Below are positions 18,376 to 27,116 of a DNA stretch of 64,000 nucleotides, piece after piece. Source of the stretch: Candidatus Peribacteria bacterium (GTDB lineage Bacteria > Patescibacteriota > Gracilibacteria > Peribacterales > Peribacteraceae); the NCBI GenBank assembly GCA_943355155.1, contig CALREJ010000002.1, forward strand, positions 11,910 to 75,909, in the 5' to 3' direction. Both the position numbers and the translations under genes were made by a program. The stretch's first letter is position 1. Every line of letters begins with the position of its first letter. A model generated the notes under the pieces. It saw only the letters and a list, made by a program, of their open reading frames with translations, did not search any database and was not told where the DNA came from.

Positions 18376-18491
18376 CCACTTCTCTCTCTATGCCGCTTCC
18401 TCTGAGAAACTTAAAAGCTAGCTCCTAGCTCCTGACGTAATCCTCATCGAACAACCCTTGATCTCCCTCTGCAAATCCCTACACTACCCCC

Positions 18492-18704
18492 ATGAACATT
18501 ATTGTCTCCATTCAGGCGGTTCTGGCGGTGCTGATTATCCTCAGTATTTTGCTTCAGCACAGGGCTTCCGGACTTTCTGCGAGTATGGGCGGGACAGGCG
18601 TGACCTATGTCCAAAGAAGGGGTGCGGAGAAAGTGCTCTATGACGGTGCGGTCGTTATGACCGTTGCTTTTTTTGTACTCACACTTCTCGATTGGTTCAT
18701 CTGA
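18492..18704 (+). CDS. secG: Preprotein translocase subunit SecG
   Basis: 70 aa. MNIIVSIQAVLAVLIILSILLQHRASGLSASMGG is followed by a second TM helix. Confidence 0.8.
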   Translation: MNIIVSIQAVLAVLIILSILLQHRASGLSASMGGTGVTYVQRRGAEKVLYDGAVVMTVAFFVLTLLDWFI

Positions 18705-18728
18705 TTCGTCACTTGTTTCCCTCGCGCC

Positions 18729-20957
18729 ATGCTTGAGCGTCTGGTTGCTATCTACGTGCGATGGGAGAAGTGGGCTCTTGCGGCGTGCGCAGCTTTGTTT
18801 TTGCTGAGCCTCGCAATTTTGCTTTTTCGCTTTTACCGCGCAAATACTGTTCTCGTTCCTGCGACGGGAGGAACGTATATCGAGGGATCTGTCGGTGCGT
18901 TACTACCGCTGAACCCGTGGTTTACGGTGACGAATGATGTGAACAGAGATATTGTCTCGCTGATTTTTTCGGGATTACTCAAATATAATCCCCGCACGAA
19001 AAAAATTGAGGAAGATTTGGCGACGTACACAGTGTCACAAGATGGAAAGACGTACACGGTGAAGTTAAAAAGCGGCATTTTTTGGCAGGATTCCACCAAG
19101 GAATATCCACATCCGGTGACTGCGGATGACATTGTGTTTACGTACAAGACTGTACAAGATCCCGATTTTCCGAATAGCCTCCTCCGACAAAACTTTCGCG
19201 GTGTGACGATTGTCCTCGTTGACTCAAAAACAGTGCAGTTCAAGCTCGATCAGCCCTACAGTTTTTTTCCAAGTAATTTAACGCTCGGCCTGCTTCCCAA
19301 AAAATCCTTTGAGAAAATTCCTGTGAAGCTACTCGATCAGACTCTCGATTTCGGATTCAAACCAGTCGGCGCGGGTCCCTATAAAATTAAAAATATTGTT
19401 GAGACGGAGCTGAGCACCGAGGTGACGCTCGAGCGTTTCAGTCGCACCATTCCACCCGATTACAAACTTGATCGCATTGTGTTTCGTATTTTTCCGGATT
19501 ATCAGACACTGCTCTCCGATCTGCATAATCTCGATGGCATTCGTCTCGTTCCGCATACCGAAACCGGAAAACCTGCGGTTCCAAACAGATTCGCCTCCAA
19601 TAATTACACACTTCCGCAGTACGTTGCGCTTTTTTATAATATGAATCGCTCTGCACTCAGTGATCAAAAATTACGCTTGGGACTGCAACTTGGAACCGAT
19701 AAGCAGAGATTAGTTGAAGCGATCGGTGAATCGGAGATTGTCGATACTCCCCTTCTTGAAATCAATGAATCCGACTGGCGCTATCATTTTGACCCCGCTG
19801 CTGCGCAGGGTGCACTGTTTGAATCGGAATGGTATTTCCCGGAAAAGCTAAAACTTCAGCATCTTCTGGAGCAGCGAGAGGCAAACAAGCAGGGAATTTT
19901 GAAACTCGCTCCCGTACTTTTCCTCGATACGGGTGCCGTGCTCAATATCACGGGTTCGGGGCATGATCTCAGCGGCAAAAATAGAATCAACGGCGTCGCA
20001 CTTCGAAGCAATCCCGCAAGTTCGGGTAGCTGGATCGTCGCGCTTCCGACAGTACGTGGAAGTGGAAGCATTCACATCGGATACAATTTGCTGAAGCTCA
20101 CAGACGAAAAAGGAAAAATTCTCGACTCCTTCTATGTGCAGCGTACAGTGACTGCGGCGGAGTATGATCGAGCGCTGAATGAACAGAAACTTATTGATCG
20201 TTTCCTTGCTTCGAAAGCCGGCACCATCCCACTCGCACAGCGGATCACCGTGAAAGATTTTACAGTGGATCATAGTCGACTGAGGCTACGAACAAAGGAC
20301 GACCCAATTGGCTTTCGCATCAACAGTGCAGGCAAAACTCTCACGCTCACGCTCCTCACCAGCTCTTCTCCTCCGGTGTATCGCAATGTTGCCGAGCAGG
20401 TCAAAAAACAATGGGCGGCACTTGGTGTAAAAGTGATTATTGATATTCCGGCAGCACGCGGTGATTTTGAAAATAGACTCCTCAAGCGCGATTACGATGT
20501 TGTCTTGTTCGGTCAGTCACTGCTCGATAATCTGGATAGTTACCCGTATTGGCATTCAAGTGGTGTACAGAGAGTTACGGGAAACAGAAACGATCTTCGC
20601 CTCGATGCTTACAATCTGTCTCAATACGCATCGTTCGAAGCAGATTCATTCCTTGAAACCGTACGAAGCACAAAGGATGAAAAAGAGCGTACCGATGCAC
20701 TCAAAAAATTAAAGGATGTTCTGAAGCGCGATGTTCCGGCAATTTTCCTCTACTCCCCTGTCTACACATTCGCCCACCGCGAAGATATTCTGGGGATGGA
20801 GCTCGGGCACCTTTCTCTGCACTCAGACAGGTTTTTGTCGCTCGATCATTGGTACGTGAAACAGGATCGTATCTTCCTGCCAAATACGGGATGGCTCAAT
20901 TTTTTCTCATGGCTGTCAAGCCTGTTTTCGAAAGAATCGCCGCCAAAGAGCATCTAA
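18729..20957 (+). CDS. Membrane-anchored ABC-type solute-binding protein, family 5 (peptide/nickel type), enlarged
   Basis: N-terminal TM helix. The GTYIEGSVG...FSGLLKYNP...YTVKLKSGIFWQD blocks are typical of SBP_bac_5. No permease or ATPase genes are adjacent. Confidence 0.75.
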   Translation: MLERLVAIYVRWEKWALAACAALFLLSLAILLFRFYRANTVLVPATGGTYIEGSVGALLPLNPWFTVTNDVNRDIVSLIFSGLLKYNPRTKKIEEDLATYTVSQDGKTYTVKLKSGIFWQDSTKEYPHPVTADDIVFTYKTVQDPDFPNSLLRQNFRGVTIVLVDSKTVQFKLDQPYSFFPSNLTLGLLPKKSFEKIPVKLLDQTLDFGFKPVGAGPYKIKNIVETELSTEVTLERFSRTIPPDYKLDRIVFRIFPDYQTLLSDLHNLDGIRLVPHTETGKPAVPNRFASNNYTLPQYVALFYNMNRSALSDQKLRLGLQLGTDKQRLVEAIGESEIVDTPLLEINESDWRYHFDPAAAQGALFESEWYFPEKLKLQHLLEQREANKQGILKLAPVLFLDTGAVLNITGSGHDLSGKNRINGVALRSNPASSGSWIVALPTVRGSGSIHIGYNLLKLTDEKGKILDSFYVQRTVTAAEYDRALNEQKLIDRFLASKAGTIPLAQRITVKDFTVDHSRLRLRTKDDPIGFRINSAGKTLTLTLLTSSSPPVYRNVAEQVKKQWAALGVKVIIDIPAARGDFENRLLKRDYDVVLFGQSLLDNLDSYPYWHSSGVQRVTGNRNDLRLDAYNLSQYASFEADSFLETVRSTKDEKERTDALKKLKDVLKRDVPAIFLYSPVYTFAHREDILGMELGHLSLHSDRFLSLDHWYVKQDRIFLPNTGWLNFFSWLSSLFSKESPPKSI

Positions 20958-20988
20958 GTGTATGTTATCTCGCTACTGCTTCTGAGCA

Positions 20989-21017
20989 TTGACCCAAGAC
21001 GATTGCTCGCGTAAGAT
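20989..21017 (+). promoter_or_regulatory. Candidate sigma-70-type promoter for rplI (TTGACC-17 nt-TAAGAT)
   Basis: Hexamers read at 20989-20994 and 21012-21017, 21 nt upstream of the ATG. Confidence 0.4.
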
Positions 21018-21038
21018 GCTTTAGCTCACTTTTACATT

Positions 21039-21491
21039 ATGGAAATCCTCCTCCTACAAGACATCAACGGCATCGGAAAGAAGAACGATCTGCTCCTCGT
21101 GGGCGACGGTTATGCCTTGAACTACCTACTGCCACGTCGCGCAGCATTGGTCGCAACTCCCCTCGTTCGCAAGCGTTACGCAGATCTGATCCGCCGCCGT
21201 GCAGAAGAACGTGAGAAGGAAAAGGCGATGCAGACAGGTGCAGCAAAGGCACTCGCCGGCAAATCGATTACGTTCACACGCAAGATCACAAAAACCGGCA
21301 AGCTCTACGCAGCGATCCAAGCAAAGGCAATTATGGAAGAACTGAAGTCACAGCTTTCCTTGGTTGTTACCGAAGACGCAATCCACATGGACGCGCCGAT
21401 CAAGTCGACTGGCACACACACCGTGAAGGTCAAACTGAGCGATGTGATGGTGGCGGTGTCTGTTGTTGTGGAGGCGGAGAAGGCGGCTTAA
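21039..21491 (+). CDS. rplI: 50S ribosomal protein L9
   Basis: MEILLLQDINGIGKKNDLLLVGDGYALNYLLPRRAALVATP. Confidence 0.9.
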   Translation: MEILLLQDINGIGKKNDLLLVGDGYALNYLLPRRAALVATPLVRKRYADLIRRRAEEREKEKAMQTGAAKALAGKSITFTRKITKTGKLYAAIQAKAIMEELKSQLSLVVTEDAIHMDAPIKSTGTHTVKVKLSDVMVAVSVVVEAEKAA

Positions 21492-22108
21492 TCGCAGATG
21501 TGTTGAATTAAGAGTTCAATTGCACGATGGACATCGGCTTTTGGGGTCATTATTTTGCCTTCTTCCAAATTGACTCTGCCCTTGTAGTCATCTGTCCAAG
21601 GAATATGAATGAAAGTATTTCTCATACTTGCTCGATGCTGTGTAAGAATATATTCAATAGTTCGATACAGCAGTGCGTTACAAACAAATCCATCTGCGTC
21701 AGAAGATAGCTCAGTAGGAATTTCATGCGTGTAAAGAACATTCGCTAAAGAAACTCCATCTGACTGTGCTTCTAAAAATTGACGACCATCTAATGACAAC
21801 TTTTCTCCTTCTGGATTTCTCCCTTCAGCATCTGGATATTTGCCACGCATAATGTTTTTTCCCACTGTTTCAATTCTCACACCTTTCACACTGGAAGAAA
21901 GCCCAGTGCTGATAATCGCAGCTGGATAGTGGGTTTCAATCACGCCTTTTAGTGTTTTCTCGAAGGCATCATATGTGCATTCTAAAACTATTCCAATGAT
22001 TTCGTGATCACCTATTTTCTTGCCATTGAATGCTTGAGCAAGATCCTCAGTTGGGTTGAACTGATATGATCCAAATGGCTTAAAGCCAGTGAGGATTACT
22101 TTCGACAT
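21488..22108 (-). CDS. pcp: Pyrrolidone-carboxylate (pyroglutamyl) peptidase I
   Basis: MSKVILTGFKPFG...NPTE at the N-terminus, and DADGFVCNALLY with the catalytic Cys context. Confidence 0.85.
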   Translation of the reverse strand: MSKVILTGFKPFGSYQFNPTEDLAQAFNGKKIGDHEIIGIVLECTYDAFEKTLKGVIETHYPAAIISTGLSSSVKGVRIETVGKNIMRGKYPDAEGRNPEGEKLSLDGRQFLEAQSDGVSLANVLYTHEIPTELSSDADGFVCNALLYRTIEYILTQHRASMRNTFIHIPWTDDYKGRVNLEEGKIMTPKADVHRAIELLIQHICD

Positions 22109-22322
22109 GGTTTATCAGTGTACCGTCACTCTTTATTCAATAAATACTAAATTTTTGGTGGACTAGATCATAGCAATCTTGAACACCTGATCAACGCGCT
22201 GATGCGTTCGCCGCATGTCGTCGAGCAATCCCGCCGCTTCTCCGCGATGCGCTACAAGAAAGACCCGATACACGCTACGCTGTTCTCCGATGCAATCGCC
22301 TACTAACCCATTGGAAGAAGAG

Positions 22323-22460
22323 ATGAAAAAGCCGAAGTATGCGGCTCTGGTGGAGTTTATGAATAAGTTGAAAGACAAGGAGGCACAGAAGAACAAGAAG
22401 CCCGAAAACCGCACACAGATGAGGGCAAAGGACGGTGAGTCGTTCAAGTTCACAGAGTGA
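22323..22460 (+). CDS. Possible small basic protein (45 aa)
   Basis: MKKPKYAALVEFMNKLKDKEAQKNKK..., preceded by GGAAGAAGAG. A competing antisense ORF (22163-22453) cannot be excluded. Confidence 0.25.
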   Translation: MKKPKYAALVEFMNKLKDKEAQKNKKPENRTQMRAKDGESFKFTE

Positions 22461-22533
22461 TGATTAGAATAGCGAGGCGCAATTTGAACATCGACTGTTT
22501 CAAATGAGCAGCAAGCAGATTCAAGGTGTTGTG

Positions 22534-22944
22534 TTACTCTTTTTCGTTCGTCGTTGCAGCATCGTCAGTGGTTTTGAGTCCATGCAAGTACTTTTCGGCG
22601 ACTCCTACTGCGCCACCAGCATCGTGCAGTGCTTGATAAATAGGCGCAGGAAAAACCATTCGCGTCATCAGTTCGTGTCGGGATCGTTGAGCTATCCGTT
22701 CCACTGCCGTAGGCACAAGGGCGATTAGCTTTTCAAGTACATCATTTGTAAGCAGAGTCGCATCATTCACAGTGGCATCTTGCTCCATCAATAAATAGAC
22801 TGTGGATCGCAATGCCCGTGTTGCCAATGGGTCGGTTTCCTTCTTCACCCTGCCATTTGAATCGTAAAGGTACTTTCTCGTATCAAAATCAAACGTAGGT
22901 TCACTTTGCTTCAATTCGCCGATGGTTTTCGCCGTATTTGACAT
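22534..22944 (-). CDS. Hypothetical protein (136 aa), element cargo
   Basis: Clean ORF with no recognisable motif. Confidence 0.5.
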   Translation of the reverse strand: MSNTAKTIGELKQSEPTFDFDTRKYLYDSNGRVKKETDPLATRALRSTVYLLMEQDATVNDATLLTNDVLEKLIALVPTAVERIAQRSRHELMTRMVFPAPIYQALHDAGGAVGVAEKYLHGLKTTDDAATTNEKE

Positions 22945-23020
22945 AATAGAGCTATTATAGCTGATTCACTATCAGGAGTCAACTGAATTATTGAGCAAAT
23001 CATTCTGATATGCTCAGTCT

Positions 23021-23572
23021 ATGACTTCTAAAAAGTGCATACCTGTAAATCAAAGCAGCTCACAATCGGGCGGTGCAAAAACCGAACACGGCAAATCCGT
23101 CGTGCGGCACAATGCCCGTCGACACGGCATCCTCGCCGAGTTGAAGACGAAGTACGAGGGCAATGCCTACGACGGCTACCTGCGCCGTCTGCACGACGAA
23201 TATGACCCGCAGGGTTTTATGGAAGGGGTTCTCGTCGAGCGCATCGCCGTCTGCTGCCTCATGCTCTACCGCGCCGCGAAAGCAGAGAGGGAGTATATGC
23301 TGACCCGCTTGCAGCCGCCGCGCTATGACCGCCTCGACGACATGAACTACGACGACGAGAGTTACAAGCCCGTAATGAAGCACGATGACATCGAGCACCT
23401 CACGACAATCTACCTGCGCTATCAGACGACCATCGAGAACCGCCTCTACAAAGCGATGCACGAACTGGAACGGTTACAGAGGATGCGGAAGGGCGAACAT
23501 GTCCCCAGCCCCGTCGCCGTCGATGTGTCGCATGACGGTGGGTTTGTTTCGCAGAATGGTCACGACGCATGA
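23021..23572 (+). CDS. Hypothetical protein (183 aa), element cargo
   Basis: ORF directly upstream of the recombinase. The N-terminus is basic (HNARRHGILAE). No family assigned. Confidence 0.55.
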   Translation: MTSKKCIPVNQSSSQSGGAKTEHGKSVVRHNARRHGILAELKTKYEGNAYDGYLRRLHDEYDPQGFMEGVLVERIAVCCLMLYRAAKAEREYMLTRLQPPRYDRLDDMNYDDESYKPVMKHDDIEHLTTIYLRYQTTIENRLYKAMHELERLQRMRKGEHVPSPVAVDVSHDGGFVSQNGHDA

Positions 23573-23617
23573 CGTGATCGGACTCGAAAGGACAGTAGCG
23601 GACAGCAGGGTACAATC

Positions 23618-25174
23618 GTGAACATGAACGAACACCCAGACGACATTCGAGCGACGCGCTACGTGATTTACGTTCGCAAATCTACCGACGACCCGCAGAA
23701 GCAGGTACGCTCGATTGACGATCAGATTGCCGAGTGCAAACAGCTTGCGAAGCAAAAAGACCTTCCCATCGTCGGAACCGTCATACAGGACAATCTCTCG
23801 GCAAAGAAACCGAACCGCCGCCCGAAGTTCAAACAGATGATCGAAGCCATCGAACGGGGCGACATCAACGGCATCATCGCGTGGCATCCTGACCGCCTCG
23901 CTCGAAACATGATGGAAGGCGGCCAGATTATCCAGTTGATCGACGACGGCAAGCTCCTCGACTTGAAGTTCGTCTCGTTCCCGTTCACGAACGATGCGAA
24001 CGGCAAGATGATGCTCGGCATCAGCTTCGCGCTCTCGAAGCACTACTCCGACAAGCTCTCGGCTGACGTGCGACGTGGCAACATGAACGCGCTGAAAGAG
24101 GGAAAATCAAGTGGCTCCTATAAGGCGGGGTACATTCGTGATAATGAGACAGGTTTCTACCACCCCGAACCTGTGAATTTTGCCATCATGCAAAAGGCGT
24201 GGCAGATGAGGCTCGACGGTGCACGGGAGAACAAGATTGTTACTGATATGAACGCGGATGGATACAGGCGCATCTTGAAGGGTAAAACAGTGCGACAGCG
24301 TAGGGAACAGCCAATGACCGCTCCGAAACTCAATGTGTACTTCACAGACCCGATCTACTACGGGGTACTGGAACAGCGCGATCAATCCATCGATCTCACC
24401 GAACTCTACGAGTTTGAGACGATGGTGACGAAGGAAGAATGGGACAGAGTGGGACGCATGAAACGAAGTCATGGCAAAGAGAAGGTGAAGTATGATTTTC
24501 CGTTCCGCGACATTGTCTACTGCGCCGAGTGCAAGGAACCCCGTGCCATCGGCGCGTCGAGAGGGAAGGGCAAGAAGCAGCGCAGGAAAATCTACTACCG
24601 TTGCGACACGCCCGACTGCAAGGAGTACGGCAAGAGCGTCCGCGGCCTCGTCGTCACCGAGGCAATTTCCGAACTTGTGCGCAGCATCAACGTCGATCAG
24701 ATCGACAAAGCGGAGTTGGAGAAGGCACTGAATGCCTACGTCGCCGCGTCGCAGAAGGGCATAACCGTGCAACTCAAAGACCTGAAAACGAAGCGTACGA
24801 AGGTCGAAACAGAGTTGAAGGACATGACGAAGCGGAAGATCAAACAGACCTTCACGAAGGACGAACAAGCCGCCTACGAGGAAGAAACCGAGCGGCTACG
24901 GAAACTGATCGGCGGGTACAAGGAGAAAATTGACCCGTTGGAGGCGATGAAGCTCTTTTCGACTGTCGATGTCGAAGGGTTCTTGAACACCCTGAAAACG
25001 GCTTCGCAAGACTACGATGAGGTCACGCACGACGTGAAGGATACGATTGCGAAGATGCTCGTCTTGAACACCTACGTCGCAAAGAGGAAAGTGGCTTCCA
25101 TCAAACTCAAACCTCCCTTCGACGAGATAATTTTACACCCTCTTGTCCAGAATGGTGGAGCTGACGGGATTTGA
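23618..25174 (+). CDS. Large serine recombinase (resolvase catalytic domain + recombinase domain + zinc ribbon + coiled coil)
   Basis: YVIYVRKSTDD...SIDDQ (catalytic Ser region), GIIAWHPDRLARN, the Cys cluster CAECKEP...YYRCDTPDC, and a K/E-rich helical tail. Confidence 0.9.
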   Translation: MNMNEHPDDIRATRYVIYVRKSTDDPQKQVRSIDDQIAECKQLAKQKDLPIVGTVIQDNLSAKKPNRRPKFKQMIEAIERGDINGIIAWHPDRLARNMMEGGQIIQLIDDGKLLDLKFVSFPFTNDANGKMMLGISFALSKHYSDKLSADVRRGNMNALKEGKSSGSYKAGYIRDNETGFYHPEPVNFAIMQKAWQMRLDGARENKIVTDMNADGYRRILKGKTVRQRREQPMTAPKLNVYFTDPIYYGVLEQRDQSIDLTELYEFETMVTKEEWDRVGRMKRSHGKEKVKYDFPFRDIVYCAECKEPRAIGASRGKGKKQRRKIYYRCDTPDCKEYGKSVRGLVVTEAISELVRSINVDQIDKAELEKALNAYVAASQKGITVQLKDLKTKRTKVETELKDMTKRKIKQTFTKDEQAAYEEETERLRKLIGGYKEKIDPLEAMKLFSTVDVEGFLNTLKTASQDYDEVTHDVKDTIAKMLVLNTYVAKRKVASIKLKPPFDEIILHPLVQNGGADGI

Positions 25175-25242
25175 ACCCGCGATGGAGGTAGTGCCTCGGC
25201 GGATTATCAGACCGCTCCCTTCGGCCGCTTGGATACAGCCCC
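25153..25242 (-). tRNA. Class II (long variable arm) tRNA; a manual fold gives the atypical anticodon GAU
   Basis: Sense strand: GGGGCTG TA TCC AAGCGGCCGAA GGG A GCGGT CTGATAA TCCGC C-GAGG-CACTA-CCTC-CATC GCGGG TTCAAAT CCCGT CAGCTCC A CCA. The architecture resembles bacterial tRNA-Ser or tRNA-Tyr. Confidence 0.7.
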
Positions 25243-25373
25243 AACATGCCACCTTCTACGGCTCCCCGATTATGGATGGCTCCACTCTTCAGAAATTTTT
25301 TTCTTTTTGCCTACTGGTATTTTTTCTCAAGAGAAAGCCAGAAATCACGTTCTACAACCCTGTAGAACGCCCC

Positions 25374-27020
25374 CTACTTTTGAACCGCAGCTTTCATAAA
25401 CGCTGCAAACAGCGGATGCGGTCTGTGTGGTCTACTCTGGAATTCAGGATGAAACTGCGACCCAAGCATGAACGGATGATCTTTGATTTCGACGATTTCC
25501 ATGAGTCCGCTGTCGGGATTTTCTCCGGAGAAGATGAGACCATTTTTTTCAAGATCTTTTTTGAAGTCACTGTTGAATTCATAGCGATGTCTGTGACGCT
25601 CAGAGATGAGAGATTGCCCGTAGGCCGCATAGGCTTTTGTTCCTTTTTTCAATGCACACGGATATGCCCCCAGTCGCAATGTGCCGCCTTTTTCCTTCCC
25701 CTTAAATTGTCCGGGCAGAAAATGGACGACGTATTTTTTGGGTGAGAGTTTTTCGTCTTCGTCGAATTCTTCACTGGTAAGCTCTGGGTCCTTGAGCACA
25801 TCACGCGCAAACTCAATCGCGAGGATTTGAGAGCCAAGACACAGTCCCAAGTACGGCACTTTTTTCGTGCGTGCGTAATGCGCAGCGGCAATTTTCCCTT
25901 CGATCCCGCGACTGCCAAAACCGCTGGAGACGACGATCCCTTCGCATTCTTTGAGGCTCTTCCATGTCTCTTCATCTTTCTTCTCAAGCTTCTCCGAATC
26001 AATCCAGACGATCTTCGCATGTCGCTTCTGGAAAATCGCAGCCGTTTTGATTGCCTCGATCTGGCTCAGATACGCATCGTCGAGCCCCGTGTATTTGCCA
26101 ACGAGCGCAATCGATACTTCTTTTTCGGCAAGAGCATGACGTTTGATGCCTTCCTCCCATTCTTTCATATCGGGCTTGAGCGTGCCCAGTTCCAAACTAT
26201 CACCAATAATCTGCGCGATGTTGTATTGCTGCAGACTGAGGGGAACATCGTAGATGCTGTGTAATGTCGGAGCTGGAATGACAGCCTCGCGGGGCACTCC
26301 GCAGAAGCGACTGATTTTATCGAGGAGCTCATCGGGGATTTTATAATCCGCACGTGTAAGAATCATATCGGGTTGCAGTCCGATCCGACGCAGTTCACGA
26401 ACTGAAAGCTGTGTTGGTTTCGTTTTCAATTCTTTGGAACCTTTGAGGTAGGGAAGCAATGTGAGATGCACGTGATAGAGACGGTGTGCGCCAAGATCGA
26501 TGCGTAACTGACGGATCGCTTCGAGGAAAGGCTCCCCTTCGATGTCCCCGACGGTTCCGCCGATCTCCACCATCATCACATCCGCCATACTTTCCTTCGC
26601 CGCTTTCTGAATCACGTTCTTGATCGCATCGGTGATATGCGGCACGACCTGAATCGTCCCTCCGAGGAAATCACCTTTTCTTTCGCGCGCGAGAACATCG
26701 GTGTAAATGCGCCCCGTCGTGACCGTTGAAAGTTTGCTCATTGGTTCATCGATGAAACGCTCATAATGCCCAAGGTCAAGATCTGTCTCGGCTCCGTCGT
26801 CTGTCACAAACACTTCACCATGTTGAAACGGCGACATCGTTCCGGGATCAACGTTCAGATACGGATCGAGTTTTTGGACAAACACCTTGAGCCCACACGC
26901 CTTTAAAATCGCTCCGATCGATGCGGCTGCGATTCCCTTCCCGAGTGAGCTGCAGACTCCTCCCGTTACTATGATGAACTTTGCTTGCTTCCCGATGTCT
27001 TCTTTTTTAGATGGAACCAT
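25374..27020 (-). CDS. pyrG: CTP synthase
   Basis: FIIVTGGVCSSLGKG, GTVGDIEGEPFLEA, and LGLCLGSQ (glutaminase Cys); FHPEF. Confidence 0.95.
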   Translation of the reverse strand: MVPSKKEDIGKQAKFIIVTGGVCSSLGKGIAAASIGAILKACGLKVFVQKLDPYLNVDPGTMSPFQHGEVFVTDDGAETDLDLGHYERFIDEPMSKLSTVTTGRIYTDVLARERKGDFLGGTIQVVPHITDAIKNVIQKAAKESMADVMMVEIGGTVGDIEGEPFLEAIRQLRIDLGAHRLYHVHLTLLPYLKGSKELKTKPTQLSVRELRRIGLQPDMILTRADYKIPDELLDKISRFCGVPREAVIPAPTLHSIYDVPLSLQQYNIAQIIGDSLELGTLKPDMKEWEEGIKRHALAEKEVSIALVGKYTGLDDAYLSQIEAIKTAAIFQKRHAKIVWIDSEKLEKKDEETWKSLKECEGIVVSSGFGSRGIEGKIAAAHYARTKKVPYLGLCLGSQILAIEFARDVLKDPELTSEEFDEDEKLSPKKYVVHFLPGQFKGKEKGGTLRLGAYPCALKKGTKAYAAYGQSLISERHRHRYEFNSDFKKDLEKNGLIFSGENPDSGLMEIVEIKDHPFMLGSQFHPEFQSRPHRPHPLFAAFMKAAVQK

Positions 27021-27116
27021 AGGATAAACTGGGCAAGATTCGGGGAGACGCCCGCCACTGATTCTACGCGAACGAAAAATGTACGCAAGGAAACCTGTTG
27101 CGAAACGTGTAAGATA

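Larger units (their letters stand above)
22156..25174 (+). mobile_element. Small integrative element with a large serine recombinase, abutting a tRNA (left boundary approximate)
   Basis: Composition shifts visibly to higher GC from about 22190 to 25150. The element holds three orphan ORFs plus the recombinase, and the recombinase 3' end overlaps the 3' end of the tRNA at 25153-25242. Confidence 0.6.

Noticed and set aside
18177-18428. 83-aa ORF downstream of folD
   Set aside because: It starts inside tRNA-Val and reads through the repeat and hairpin block. It is a translation of structured non-coding DNA.
23474-24868. 189-aa and 253-aa minus-strand ORFs in the recombinase region
   Set aside because: They are antisense to the serine recombinase. 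Long open antisense frames are expected in this GC-richer segment.
25143-25745. 200-aa plus-strand ORF
   Set aside because: It runs through the class II tRNA gene and then lies antisense to pyrG. It is not credible as a gene.
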